64,000 nt of DNA. It comes from an uncultured Actinomycetota bacterium. Lineage in GTDB: Bacteria > Actinomycetota > Actinomycetes > Mycobacteriales > Jatrophihabitantaceae. Under the pieces are notes generated by a model. That model made no database searches and was not told where the DNA came from. It was given only the letters and a program-made list of their open reading frames with translations. The stretch lies in NCBI GenBank assembly GCA_963837325.1, contig CAWIMV010000001.1, forward strand, positions 872,768 to 936,767. The letters are read 5' to 3'. Within the stretch, counting starts at the first letter, position 1. Each line of letters starts with the position of its first letter. This document shows, piece after piece, positions 26,293 through 35,452 of this stretch. A program made the translations under genes and the position numbers.

Positions 26293-27492
26293 GATCAGGG
26301 CGGTGCGGTAGCTGCCGGTGTTCTGGTACGCGAGACCGAACAGCAGCGGGCCGAGCCAGCTGGTTCCCGCGTCGCTGATCTCGTAGAAACCGAAGTAGCG
26401 TGCCTCAGATCCGGACGGGATCAGCCGGGAGAACACCGAGCGCGACAGCGCCTGGCTGCCGCCGAGAACGAGGGCGATCAGCGTCGCCAGCGCAAAGAAC
26501 TGCAACGGCATGCGCGCTTGGATGAGGTAGCCGAAGCCGATTGCCACCAGCCAGACGAGCAGCGATCCCAGGATGACGCGCTTGGCCCCCCATCGCCCGG
26601 CCAGCCGGCCGAGCCACACGGCACCGACGTAGGCGATGAACTGCACCAGCAGGATCCCCAGCAGGAGCGTCGTATCTGACAGCTTGAGCTCCTTGTCGCC
26701 GTACTGAGCCGACACGGTCGTGACCGTCTGGATGCCGTCGTTGTAGACCAGGAATGCAATGAGGAAGGCCAGCGTCACCGGATAGCGCCGCAGCTCGCGA
26801 AGGGTCCCGGCTGCCTGTCTGAAGCCGGCCGCGAGTACCGAGCCGCCCGCGGGCGGCTCGATAACCGTGCTGTGCTTGTCAAGCAGCCGCAGGGGCACGA
26901 TCGAGAAGGCCGCCCACCAGATTCCCGACGCGCACAGGGCCAGGCGGGCCAGCAGAGCGGTGTCGTGCAGAACAGTGCTGACGAGGAATGCGACCGCCAG
27001 CAAGAGGCCGCCGCCGAGGTAGGCCACCCCCCAGCCCACCGACGAGACATGATCACGCTCGTCATGCGTGGACAGGTCCGGCAGCATCGAGTAGAAGACG
27101 ACCACCGAGCAGCTGTAGGCGATGAAGGCGAGCGCGTACAGCCCGGCGCCGAGCTGCCAGGCCGTGCGCGTGACCCCGAGCATCGCGACACAAGCGGCTG
27201 CGCCGGTCCAGCCGAAGCCGAGCATCATGTCGCGCTTGCGTCCGCTGCGATCGGCAATGGCGCCGACGACGGGCATGATCACGATGAGCAGGACGGTGCA
27301 GGCGCTGACGTCGAAGACGAACAGGCTGCCGGGCGCTATGGGGACGCCGAGCACGTGCACGCGGCCGTGCTTGCCGACCGAGTTCTCGGCCACCTTGGTC
27401 AGGTAGCGGGACATGAAGACGGTGGTGACCAACGTCGGGAACACGTGATTGGCCCAGCCGTAGGCGTACCAGCCCTTGCGCTGCGGATCCAC
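26191..27492 (-). CDS. MFS transporter, Atg22/UMF1-like family
   Basis: 433 aa, 12 TM, MFS loop motif GAIADRSGRKR. The N-terminus (WYAYGWANHVF) is typical of the Atg22-like subfamily. Confidence 0.7.
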   Translation of the reverse strand: MDPQRKGWYAYGWANHVFPTLVTTVFMSRYLTKVAENSVGKHGRVHVLGVPIAPGSLFVFDVSACTVLLIVIMPVVGAIADRSGRKRDMMLGFGWTGAAACVAMLGVTRTAWQLGAGLYALAFIAYSCSVVVFYSMLPDLSTHDERDHVSSVGWGVAYLGGGLLLAVAFLVSTVLHDTALLARLALCASGIWWAAFSIVPLRLLDKHSTVIEPPAGGSVLAAGFRQAAGTLRELRRYPVTLAFLIAFLVYNDGIQTVTTVSAQYGDKELKLSDTTLLLGILLVQFIAYVGAVWLGRLAGRWGAKRVILGSLLVWLVAIGFGYLIQARMPLQFFALATLIALVLGGSQALSRSVFSRLIPSGSEARYFGFYEISDAGTSWLGPLLFGLAYQNTGSYRTALISLVVFFVVGFLLLVRVPIRRGIEEAGNLAPLRT

Positions 27493-27577
27493 ATGGACGT
27501 TGTACCAGCGTTATAGCCGCCGCCGGTGTATTGGTAGGGCGATCCGTAGCCCGCGTACGCTGGGATGGGAGGCGATT

Positions 27578-27982
27578 GTGGACGGTCTGTGGCGGGGACT
27601 GGCTGATGTCGTAGTGGCCCTGCACTACGGCTACATGGCCTTTCTGGTGGGCGGCGGCTTCGTCGCCTGGCGTTGGCCCAAGGCGATCTGGGCTCACGTT
27701 GTCGTCGTCGCGTGGGCGGTCTTGATCGTCACGACCCACATCCCCTGCCCATTGACCGCGCTGCAGAACCACCTGCGCGAATCCGCGGGGCAGGAGCCCC
27801 TGTCGAACAGCTTCATCAACCTCTACATCCGCGGGACGTTCTACCCGGCCGGCCAGCAAGCCTTGGCGCAGGCGGCAATCGGGCTCGTCGTCATCGCGTC
27901 CTGGATCGGATTCGCCCGGCTGCGTCGCGGCCGGCCGCCCACCCGGCTGGGCTCCGAGCAGGCGGGCTCGCTCAGCGCCTGA
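27578..27982 (+). CDS. small membrane protein (DUF2784-like); GTG start inferred
   Basis: ~135 aa with 3 hydrophobic helices (ALHYGYMAFLVGGGF...). The upstream part of ORF 27476 is non-hydrophobic and R-rich. Confidence 0.45.
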   Translation: MDGLWRGLADVVVALHYGYMAFLVGGGFVAWRWPKAIWAHVVVVAWAVLIVTTHIPCPLTALQNHLRESAGQEPLSNSFINLYIRGTFYPAGQQALAQAAIGLVVIASWIGFARLRRGRPPTRLGSEQAGSLSA

Positions 27983-28205
27983 CTACCCGAACGTGATCGA
28001 GAACTCTCCAAAACCTGGTTTGCGTGCCGCCGATTCGTGCCTATTGTCGAAGTGACGGTTAAACAGCAGCCGAACCTTCAGCAGCGGGTGAACCGCGCGC
28101 CTGCCGGGGGCTCGACATGTTCGCATCGACGGGTGTGGAGCTGCACGCTCGCCCGGCTGCGCTGGTGCCGTCGACCCGAGCTGTTGTCCGGCGAGGTAAT
28201 TCCTC

Positions 28206-28919
28206 ATGACCTCCATCAGAGCCTCCAACCTGATCCGGGTCCCGCTCGTGATCGTGTCGGCGCTGCCGGCACGGACCACGACCGACGCTCGGGCCAGCCG
28301 GGTGCCCGGGTGGGCCCTGGTGTCAGCTGCGTTGGCTCCGATCGTGCTGACGTCCTGTTGGCTGATCGCCGACACACTGCAACCACCCCGCTACAGCCCG
28401 ATGCGACAAACGGTCAGCGTCCTCGCGGGGTATGCCGGCACCGACCGCTGGCTGATGACCGGCGGGCTTGTGGTCGTCGGTCTTTGCTACTTCGTCACGA
28501 CCGCCGGCCTTCGCGACATCCCGGTAGCGGCACGAATCGTCTTGCTCGTCACCGGTGCCGCTGCCATCGGGGTGGCGGGCTGCCCCCAGCCCGTCCACGG
28601 CTCCACGGTCCAGCACATGATCTGCACCGGGGTGGGCGAGTTGGCCCTGGCCGCCCTGCCTGCGATCATCGGCCTGCACCGGCTGGACCACCGGTTGCTG
28701 AGTGCCCAGGCTTCGGCCCAGGTGGCCGGTCTCTTCGGTGCATTCTTCATCTGGCTCGTCGTCGAGCTGCAGGATGGGGCACATCTCGGCCTGGCCGAGC
28801 GCCTGACCTCGTCGGTGCAGACCTGCTGGCCGTTCGTCATCGCACTCGCATTGCGGCACTCGAGCCGAGTGCCCGACGAGATCCTCGAGACCGCCGTGAG
28901 CGTCCGTCCAACAGCCTGA
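28206..28919 (+). CDS. DUF998-family membrane protein (paralog B)
   Basis: Paralog of 25582..26292 with the same TM topology. Confidence 0.55.
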   Translation: MTSIRASNLIRVPLVIVSALPARTTTDARASRVPGWALVSAALAPIVLTSCWLIADTLQPPRYSPMRQTVSVLAGYAGTDRWLMTGGLVVVGLCYFVTTAGLRDIPVAARIVLLVTGAAAIGVAGCPQPVHGSTVQHMICTGVGELALAALPAIIGLHRLDHRLLSAQASAQVAGLFGAFFIWLVVELQDGAHLGLAERLTSSVQTCWPFVIALALRHSSRVPDEILETAVSVRPTA

Positions 28920-29093
28920 CCTCGTCGGTAAGAACGCGGCGCGAAACACTGTTCGAGCGGCCATTTTTCGGGGGAGTGCCCCGATCCGCCGCTTCGCAGC
29001 AGAGATGCCGATTCGTGACCTTGCGCTTGCAACAGCGTGCGAGCCACCCGCGTCAGTTCAGTAGCAACTCCGCTACCTGAAACGGATCCCGCC

Positions 29094-29864
29094 ATGCGCA
29101 TGACCACCGTTCTTCTTGCCGGATCGATGCTGGTTGCGGTGAGCGCATGCACGTCGGCCAAAGCCGCCCACCACTCCACACCGCCCACACCGCAGCCGAA
29201 GTCCGCCGCCGCAAGTACGTCCGGCACATCCAGCCCATCGGCCGTCGCTTCGAGCGGCCCGCCGTTGACGGCCGTGTCGCAGTCGCCACCGACGCACCAG
29301 CTCCCGGTTTTGAGCACGAGACAGATCACGTTGCGGCCGGTGACCCCCGGTGGGCAGCCGACGGCGGGGTATCGGATGACGACGGAGACGTGGTCGCCGT
29401 TCCTCTGCACGGACGGCGCATCACCCAGCGCGGTCAGTCCCAACATTCGGTACTGCGGGTACTCAGCCACGCACACCAGTGCCTGCTGGAAGTCGACGGT
29501 CCCGTCGACCGTGCTGTGCCTGCGCGATCCATTCGGCCGGACTCTGGTGCGCATCAAGTATTCCGGAACGTTCGCGCCTGTCGCCGCGCCGGCGAAACCC
29601 GCGCCACACGGCCTCGTCCTCGCGAACGGCTTGCATTGTCAGATTCGCAACGGCGGCGCTTGGTCGCGCATCGCGAAACGTCCGGACTGGGTTGGGTTCT
29701 ACGAGTGCGCCAACGGTGTCGACGTTTACGGTCCCAAGGGCGGCGACGGCGTTGATCGATCGGCACCGATGTGGACCGTCCAAACGGTGAACGCGACCAC
29801 TGGGGCCTCGGGGCCGATCTCGGAGCAGGACGTCACCGTTGCCTACTTCGACGGCACGGCGTGA
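29094..29864 (+). CDS. secreted lipoprotein of unknown function
   Basis: MRMTTVLLAGSMLVAVSAC is a signal peptide plus lipobox (LVAVSAC). The mature protein is Ser/Pro-rich and then Cys-containing. Confidence 0.55.
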   Translation: MRMTTVLLAGSMLVAVSACTSAKAAHHSTPPTPQPKSAAASTSGTSSPSAVASSGPPLTAVSQSPPTHQLPVLSTRQITLRPVTPGGQPTAGYRMTTETWSPFLCTDGASPSAVSPNIRYCGYSATHTSACWKSTVPSTVLCLRDPFGRTLVRIKYSGTFAPVAAPAKPAPHGLVLANGLHCQIRNGGAWSRIAKRPDWVGFYECANGVDVYGPKGGDGVDRSAPMWTVQTVNATTGASGPISEQDVTVAYFDGTA

Positions 29865-30281
29865 CGGCACCCAAGAAGTCCCGCGCGCGTCGGTCGAGAT
29901 GCCGACTCGGCCGGGAGCCGTTACGTTGGCGTCGAGTCGCCAAAGATGATCAGTGGAAGAGCGTGCGAGGGAGCACGGATGCCGACTGACCCGAGTGCAC
30001 CGAAGCGAAGGCTCGCAGTAGTGATGATGCGCAGCGCAGCTGTGCTTGGTCGTGCGCTCGGCGTCGGGTGCGACCCTCTGGTACAGCCACACCAATGGCC
30101 ATTCCGGTGCGTACCTGTGGCTCCAGCAGGACCGTAACCTGGTGATCTAACCAGTCCGGGGCGCTCTGGCAGACCCACACGGCCGTCTGACCCGGGGTAG
30201 TTTTCCTTGAGTTGATCACTCGGCCCGCGGGAACCCGGATATTGGGTTGGCCGGTGCAGACCGGTTCTCTAGCCTCGACGG

Positions 30282-30857
30282 GTGCCCGCACGCGCGACGC
30301 CGTTGCTCTGGCTCTTCGGTCCTTCCGGGGTCGGGAAGTCCACTGTCGGCTGGGAGGTCTTCACCCGGCTGTACCGACGCGGCACGAGGACGGGCTACAT
30401 CGACCTCGACCAGATGGGCCTGTGCTACCCGCAGCCCGTCGACGATCCCGATAACCATCGCATCAAAGCGGCCAACCTCGGCGCGGTATGGGCGACCTAC
30501 CGGGACGCCGGCGCGCGGTGCCTGATCGGCTGCGGCGGGGCCGAGCGCGCGGAGTTGGTTCCGCTCTACCTCGATACCGTGCCCGACACCGCGCCGACTC
30601 TGGTCCGGCTGCGGGCCGGCTCCGCGGTGCTGCGGGAGCGGATCTTCCGACGCGGGCGCGGGGAGGGCCCGCTGCTGCCCGGAAATTCGGTCAATCTCTC
30701 GGACGACGCCCTCGAGCGGATGGCGAGTGAGGCCGCTGCGGAAGGCCGCGCACTCGATGAGCATGACTTCGCCGACGCCTGCATCGACACTGAGCAAGGA
30801 AGCGTTGCCGAACTGGCCGACCTGGTGCTTGCGCACTGGCCGTTGGGCGACCAGTGA
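30282..30857 (+). CDS. P-loop NTPase/kinase-like protein (AAA_33/zeta-toxin-like fold), function unknown
   Basis: Walker A LWLFGPSGVGKSTVG near the N-terminus, a DxD downstream, 191 aa, GTG start. It lies in a locally lower-GC patch. Confidence 0.55.
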   Translation: MPARATPLLWLFGPSGVGKSTVGWEVFTRLYRRGTRTGYIDLDQMGLCYPQPVDDPDNHRIKAANLGAVWATYRDAGARCLIGCGGAERAELVPLYLDTVPDTAPTLVRLRAGSAVLRERIFRRGRGEGPLLPGNSVNLSDDALERMASEAAAEGRALDEHDFADACIDTEQGSVAELADLVLAHWPLGDQ

Positions 30858-30958
30858 CGGCGGGTCCAGCGGAGCGCGGGAACTGAGCCGGCCGCGGTGT
30901 TGGTTCCCGCGGCGAAATGGGTAGCTTCGCACTGACCGCACCCGAGGGGCCAGTGCTC

Positions 30959-31309
30959 ATGGCTAAGTACAAGATCAACAAGCCGGCGATCGACAAGGCG
31001 CGCAGACTCATCGACGCCGGCAAATACGACGACGAGACCGAGTGGTCAGACGCGGCACCGTCGGCGGACCAGGAAAACGACGAGATCGACAGTCATGGCT
31101 ATGACGGCTACGGCGAGTGGCACCTGGCCATCGACACTGACGCGTCACAGGACACGAAATCGCGCTACGGCTTTCCCTACGGCGACTTCGCCAAGGTCAA
31201 TCGGGCCGCGTTGATCCACGCCAAGCAGCGGGCGTCGCAGAACGGCCATGACGAGATCGCTGATGCTGCCGGCAAACTGCTCGACCGGCTGGACGGCAAA
31301 CGGTCCTGA
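30959..31309 (+). CDS. small acidic hypothetical protein (116 aa)
   Basis: Start MAKYKINKPAIDKARRL. Strong GC3 codon bias, highly acidic centre (DDETEWSD...DQENDEID). Follows the P-loop gene on the same strand. Confidence 0.45.
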   Translation: MAKYKINKPAIDKARRLIDAGKYDDETEWSDAAPSADQENDEIDSHGYDGYGEWHLAIDTDASQDTKSRYGFPYGDFAKVNRAALIHAKQRASQNGHDEIADAAGKLLDRLDGKRS

Positions 31310-31346
31310 GCTTCGGTCTGACCTGCTCGGGGTGCGCGGGGGCTGG

Positions 31347-32654
31347 TCAGGTGCTCTTGGATTGACTCGACTGGGTGACGCTGTGCTTGACGGAGTCGAG
31401 GATGGCCACGCCTTGACCGACCAGGGACGAGACGATCTCGTTCATTCCTTCCGACCCGTTGAGGACAGTGAGGTGTGCCCCGGCCAGACCCTGGGCCGCC
31501 TTCTCGACGATGAGGGGGAGTTGCGCGATGAGCTGTTGATCGAGGGCGACACGATTGTGCGACTGCGCCGCCTCGGCCAGGATCTTGGTCTGCTCCGCGT
31601 CGGCTGCGGCCAAGATCTTGACCCGCTCGGCTTCGGCCTCGGCGGGGCGGACGACTGTTGATACCAGCGTCTGGCGGGCCAGCTCAGCCTGCTGCTGCGC
31701 CAGAGCGGTTTGGGCGTCGATGACCTGCTGTTGGGCGACGGCGTGGGCCAGCGGCCCCGCTTGGTCGGCCTTGGCCTGAGCCGCCTGCATCTCGGCCGCG
31801 TACTTGGCCTTCGCGACGGCGGTTTGCCGGGCGAAGTCGGCCTGGTTGCGGTCGGATTCCTGCTGAGCCTCGGCTGCGACCTGGGCCGCCTTGGACCGGG
31901 TAACCGCGGTCTGGGCCTCGTAGTCGGCTTGATTGCGGGCTGACTCTTGAGCCGCGGCCGCCGCAGTTGCGGCCGCGGCGGACTTGGCCGCCTCGACATC
32001 GGCCGCGTACTGGGCCTGCACCACTTCGGTCTGGCGGCCGTACTCGGCTTGAGCCCGCAACGACGCCTGTTCAGCTTCGGCTGCGGCCTGGTCGGCCTGC
32101 GATGCGGCGACTTTGGCGGCTCGCTGAATCGCCGCGTTGTGCGGTGCGGCCATCGCTGCGACGTACCCCAACCCCATGTCGTCGATGGATTGGATCTGCA
32201 GGGCATCGACGGTCAAGCCGATCTTGGCCATCTCCTCCTTCGACCCATCGAGCACCTCCGACGCCAACTTCTGCCGCTCGGTGACGATTTCCTCGACGGT
32301 CATCGAGCCGATGATGGAGCGGAGGTGCCCGGAAAAGATGCGGCCGGTCAGCACCGACATCTGTGACTGGTCGGAGAGGAAGCGCTGTGATGCATTGACG
32401 ATGGACTCGGTGTCGTTGCCGACCTTGAACGCGATTACCGCCTTGACCTTCAGCGCAATGCCTTGCTTGGTCACACAGTTCTCTTCGACCTCGGCTTCGG
32501 ACATCGACAGGGTGATGAACCGCACCTTGCGAAACATCGGCGCGACGAACGCGCCGCGGCCGGTCACGACCCGAAACGGGGCGTCGGAACCTCTCGCCTT
32601 GCCTCCGGAGATCAGCATCGCTTCGTCGGGAGCGGGAACGTGGTAACCAAGCAT
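31347..32654 (-). CDS. flotillin-like SPFH/band-7 protein (YqiK/FloA-type)
   Basis: Has an N-terminal membrane anchor, an SPFH core (FITLSMSEAEV...ALKVKAVIAFKV) and a long Ala/Glu/Gln coiled-coil with ~33-aa repeats (QESARNQADYEAQTAV.../QESDRNQADFARQTAV...). Confidence 0.8.
   Translation of the reverse strand: MLGYHVPAPDEAMLISGGKARGSDAPFRVVTGRGAFVAPMFRKVRFITLSMSEAEVEENCVTKQGIALKVKAVIAFKVGNDTESIVNASQRFLSDQSQMSVLTGRIFSGHLRSIIGSMTVEEIVTERQKLASEVLDGSKEEMAKIGLTVDALQIQSIDDMGLGYVAAMAAPHNAAIQRAAKVAASQADQAAAEAEQASLRAQAEYGRQTEVVQAQYAADVEAAKSAAAATAAAAAQESARNQADYEAQTAVTRSKAAQVAAEAQQESDRNQADFARQTAVAKAKYAAEMQAAQAKADQAGPLAHAVAQQQVIDAQTALAQQQAELARQTLVSTVVRPAEAEAERVKILAAADAEQTKILAEAAQSHNRVALDQQLIAQLPLIVEKAAQGLAGAHLTVLNGSEGMNEIVSSLVGQGVAILDSVKHSVTQSSQSKST
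31700..32110 (-). repeat. intragenic ~99-bp imperfect tandem repeats encoding the Ala/Gln/Glu-rich coiled-coil of flotillin
   Basis: Repeated peptide units ...QESARNQADYEAQTAVTRSKAAQVAAEA / QQESDRNQADFARQTAVAKAKYAAEMQAAQAKA, with corresponding DNA periodicity. Confidence 0.5.
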
Positions 32655-32682
32655 GACGGCTGGTCTCCTCAGCGAGAATCGG

Positions 32683-32922
32683 TCATAGTTCGAGCAGGGA
32701 ATCGATCGGGTCTGCCCACGGCGACACGATCACCGTGCGTGGGCCCAGGGTCTGCACGACGATGACCGCCTGGCCTTTGGCCAGCGGTTCGGCCGAACGG
32801 GCGATGAAGGTTTCTGTTCCGCCCCGGATGCGCACCTCGACCTCGCCGGGACCAGCCGCGCCGCGCGTCGCCGTCGTGATTCGCCCGGCCAGACCGAGTG
32901 GCGACATGTCCGGCGCCGTCAT
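32683..32922 (-). CDS. NfeD-like OB-fold protein (C-terminal β-barrel only), upstream partner of flotillin
   Basis: MTAPDMSPLGLAGRITTATRGAAGPGEVEVRIRGGTETFIARSAEPLAKGQAVIVVQTLGPRTVIVSPW matches the NfeD C-terminal OB domain. No TM segment is found in any frame upstream. Confidence 0.5.
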   Translation of the reverse strand: MTAPDMSPLGLAGRITTATRGAAGPGEVEVRIRGGTETFIARSAEPLAKGQAVIVVQTLGPRTVIVSPWADPIDSLLEL

Positions 32923-33141
32923 GTGCCGCGCAACGGCGTCGGGCGGTCCATGATCCTCACGGCCGGATGCTACTCCGGGAGGACAACCACCAGATCGCGG
33001 GCGCACTCGCCAGTCCGATGACCGCACAGACTCGAAGCCACCGTCCAGACGAGGCTCGCCTGGGTCTGAAACCCTCGGAGATTGAGTGCGTCCTGTAACT
33101 CGATTGCGACGCGGTCCCGGCGTCGACAGGCTTTCCAGGTC

Positions 33142-33723
33142 ATGGTTATCACGACGAATCGCCCGGCAGTCGTGCATCCGCGAGCTGCGGTGCCACTCAT
33201 GTGGTGGTCGCTCGGGTACGCCTGCTATCGGGCCTACTACGCGGTCGGCGGCCAGTTCGGCATGATCGGCCACCCGGTATCGGATTCACGGTGGCGCGCG
33301 ATCAACGCCGTCGGTGCGGTCGTGATCGCGCTCGTCGCAATCCTGGCGCTCGTCGCGCCGCGAGTGGATGCGCTGCGGCGTGCACTTCCGGCGCTCGGCT
33401 GGGCCGGCGCGGTCGGCTGCTGCATGCACGCGCTGACCGACATCGTCTTGCGGCTGCTCAGCCTTGCCGGCGCCCACCCGACCCACCTCCCGGCAAGCGT
33501 GTGGGTCTCCTTCGACCGACGCGCCGCGGACATGCAGGATCTGCTGCTCAACGAGCCGTGGTTCTTCGTCGAAGGTCTGCTCTGGGCCGCACTTGGCGCG
33601 GTCTTCGTGAATCGTCGGTACCGCCGCGCCTGGTGGATCTCGGGCGCTCTCGCCTGCGGGGGGCTGACGATCGTCGGCGTACTCAGCGGGCTCGGCACGA
33701 TCGGCGCGGTACGCCTGAGCTGA
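33142..33723 (+). CDS. hypothetical integral membrane protein (start uncertain, 33082–33200)
   Basis: 4–5 hydrophobic helices (AVGAVVIALVAILALVAP, WFFVEGLLWAALGAVFV, ISGALACGGLTIVGVLSGLG). Confidence 0.4.
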   Translation: MVITTNRPAVVHPRAAVPLMWWSLGYACYRAYYAVGGQFGMIGHPVSDSRWRAINAVGAVVIALVAILALVAPRVDALRRALPALGWAGAVGCCMHALTDIVLRLLSLAGAHPTHLPASVWVSFDRRAADMQDLLLNEPWFFVEGLLWAALGAVFVNRRYRRAWWISGALACGGLTIVGVLSGLGTIGAVRLS

Positions 33724-33769
33724 CGTCGCACTCCGGAGGACCGTGCTTGCCGCCGATCCGTACCCTCGG

Positions 33770-35365
33770 TCAACCGCGTCCGGGCGGGACGCGACCTGGA
33801 CGCGCGACCATCGATGGCGCTGCGCCCGCACTGCGGCTTCCGCCGAGCAGGGTGCGGGTCATGGCATTGCGGGTGTGCAGCAACTCGCCCAACGCCGCCT
33901 CGAGATCGTCGGCCGAGACGTGCAGCGGTGCCTCGTCGTCGCGGCCGGCCAGCTCGTCCGGTTGTTCACGTTCGGCTGCGAACACGGCGGCCCGACGGAG
34001 CAGTTCCTTGAGAAACGAGGCGGTGACCCCGTCGGTTCGAGCCAGGATGTCCGCGATTCGGCTGGTGTCGATATCGAGGCCGCCGCGGTACAGGTCGAAT
34101 AGGGCCCGGCGCCCGGCCGCATCGGGCAGCGCGAGCTCGACCGCCTGGTCCACTCGGCCGGGGCGGGCCGCCAGCGCCGGTTCGAGCAGGTCGGCGCGAT
34201 TGGTCGTGAGCACGAAGACGACGTCGGCATCCTCGGCCAGGCCGTCCATCTCGTTGAGCAGTTGAAACAACATCGGGTGCTCGCCGGGGTAGCTGCCCCG
34301 GTCCTCGGCGATCAGATCGACGTCTTCGACCACCAGCATCGACGGCGCGAGCGCGCGGGCCACCGAGCATGCTTCACCGATGAGGTGTAGGGCGTTGCCG
34401 GTGAGCTGAATGACCGTGGTGTCGGTAAGGCTGGCGGTCAGGTAACGCACGGTGTGGGTCTTGCCCACCCCGGGCGGCCCGTAGAGGAGCAGGCCGCGCT
34501 TGAGGTGCTGGCCGGCGGTGAGCAATCGCTGCTTGTGCCGGGCGACCTGCACGACCTGACGCTGTACGGCCGCGAGGATGTCGTCAGGCAGGATGAGCTC
34601 GTCGGCGGTCATGGCCGGCCGGTGATGGAAGCGCAGCAGCGAATGGCCCTCGCCGAACACTTCGCCACCGAACGACAACACCTGTCCGCGGAACACGTTG
34701 TGCTCGAGTGCCAGCATCCGCACCTGCGCGGCAACGTCCGTGGCATGACTCGCGTCGGTGCTGACGATCTGGAGGCTCACGCCCTCGTGCGGTGAGTGTT
34801 GTTCCGCACCGCGCAGCAGCAGCGCGGTATGACGGGCACCGTCGGTGACCAGGTACAGCCCACATCGCACGCACGCCTCGACCGCGCCGTCCGGCCCCGA
34901 GGGGAGGTTCACCCGGGCCACGTTTCCCGGCCGCAGGCCGCCCATGCCCAGATGGCCGCCACCGTCGTCGCCGAGCAATTCCGCCAGGCCGAAGTCACGG
35001 TGCTGGAAGCCGATCACGCCGACAAGTTCGTGCGAGCGACCGTCGGCCTGCAGCCAGGCGTCCAAGCCCGCCTGCACATTGACGTGCTCATAAGCCGGCC
35101 AGCCTTCAGCGACGACCGACAGTTCGTCGCTGCCCGCACCCAAGTGCGTGCGTAGGAGACTGGCCAGAGTCGCGCCCTCGCCGGCGCGAGCGGCCCGGAC
35201 AACTCCCCGCAGCGCGCGCCGCGCAAGCCGACCGACGTCGGCCAGCTCGACCCCGCCGACATCGTGAGTCGCCGTCGAATCCCATTGCCCCGCGGCCACG
35301 TGGGACTCACTGATGCCGTAGGACACCCAGCCGTGCTCGCCGTGCGCCATGCCTGGTCCCCTCAT
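33770..35365 (-). CDS. AAA+ ATPase (classical AAA clade) with uncharacterised ~270-aa N-terminal domain
   Basis: Walker A LLLYGPPGVGKTH, Walker B MLVVEDVDLI and second region of homology NEMDG...TTNRADLLEPALAARPGRVD. The N-terminal region has no recognisable motif. Confidence 0.75.
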   Translation of the reverse strand: MRGPGMAHGEHGWVSYGISESHVAAGQWDSTATHDVGGVELADVGRLARRALRGVVRAARAGEGATLASLLRTHLGAGSDELSVVAEGWPAYEHVNVQAGLDAWLQADGRSHELVGVIGFQHRDFGLAELLGDDGGGHLGMGGLRPGNVARVNLPSGPDGAVEACVRCGLYLVTDGARHTALLLRGAEQHSPHEGVSLQIVSTDASHATDVAAQVRMLALEHNVFRGQVLSFGGEVFGEGHSLLRFHHRPAMTADELILPDDILAAVQRQVVQVARHKQRLLTAGQHLKRGLLLYGPPGVGKTHTVRYLTASLTDTTVIQLTGNALHLIGEACSVARALAPSMLVVEDVDLIAEDRGSYPGEHPMLFQLLNEMDGLAEDADVVFVLTTNRADLLEPALAARPGRVDQAVELALPDAAGRRALFDLYRGGLDIDTSRIADILARTDGVTASFLKELLRRAAVFAAEREQPDELAGRDDEAPLHVSADDLEAALGELLHTRNAMTRTLLGGSRSAGAAPSMVARPGRVPPGRG

Positions 35366-35399
35366 CGCGAACTAGGCGATCATGCCGCAGGCCAGCAGC

Positions 35400-35452
35400 A
35401 GCGGCGATACGGGCTTGAACGTACTGCGGTTACGGCCGCGCTGAGTTACGGC
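35400..35452 (-). terminator. tandem stem-loops immediately downstream of glnA (possible intrinsic terminator, no U-tract)
   Basis: The minus strand reads CTGAG-ccgtaa-CTCAG followed by GCGG-ccgtaa-CCGC, starting directly after the glnA stop. Confidence 0.2.

Noticed and set aside
32923-33081. TM-like segment (RVCAVIGLASAPAIWWLSS) in a third minus-strand frame upstream of the NfeD OB-fold ORF, possibly the missing NfeD membrane anchor split by frameshift
   Set aside because: That frame has no start codon (ATG/GTG/TTG) between the preceding stops and the hydrophobic stretch. It is most likely chance.
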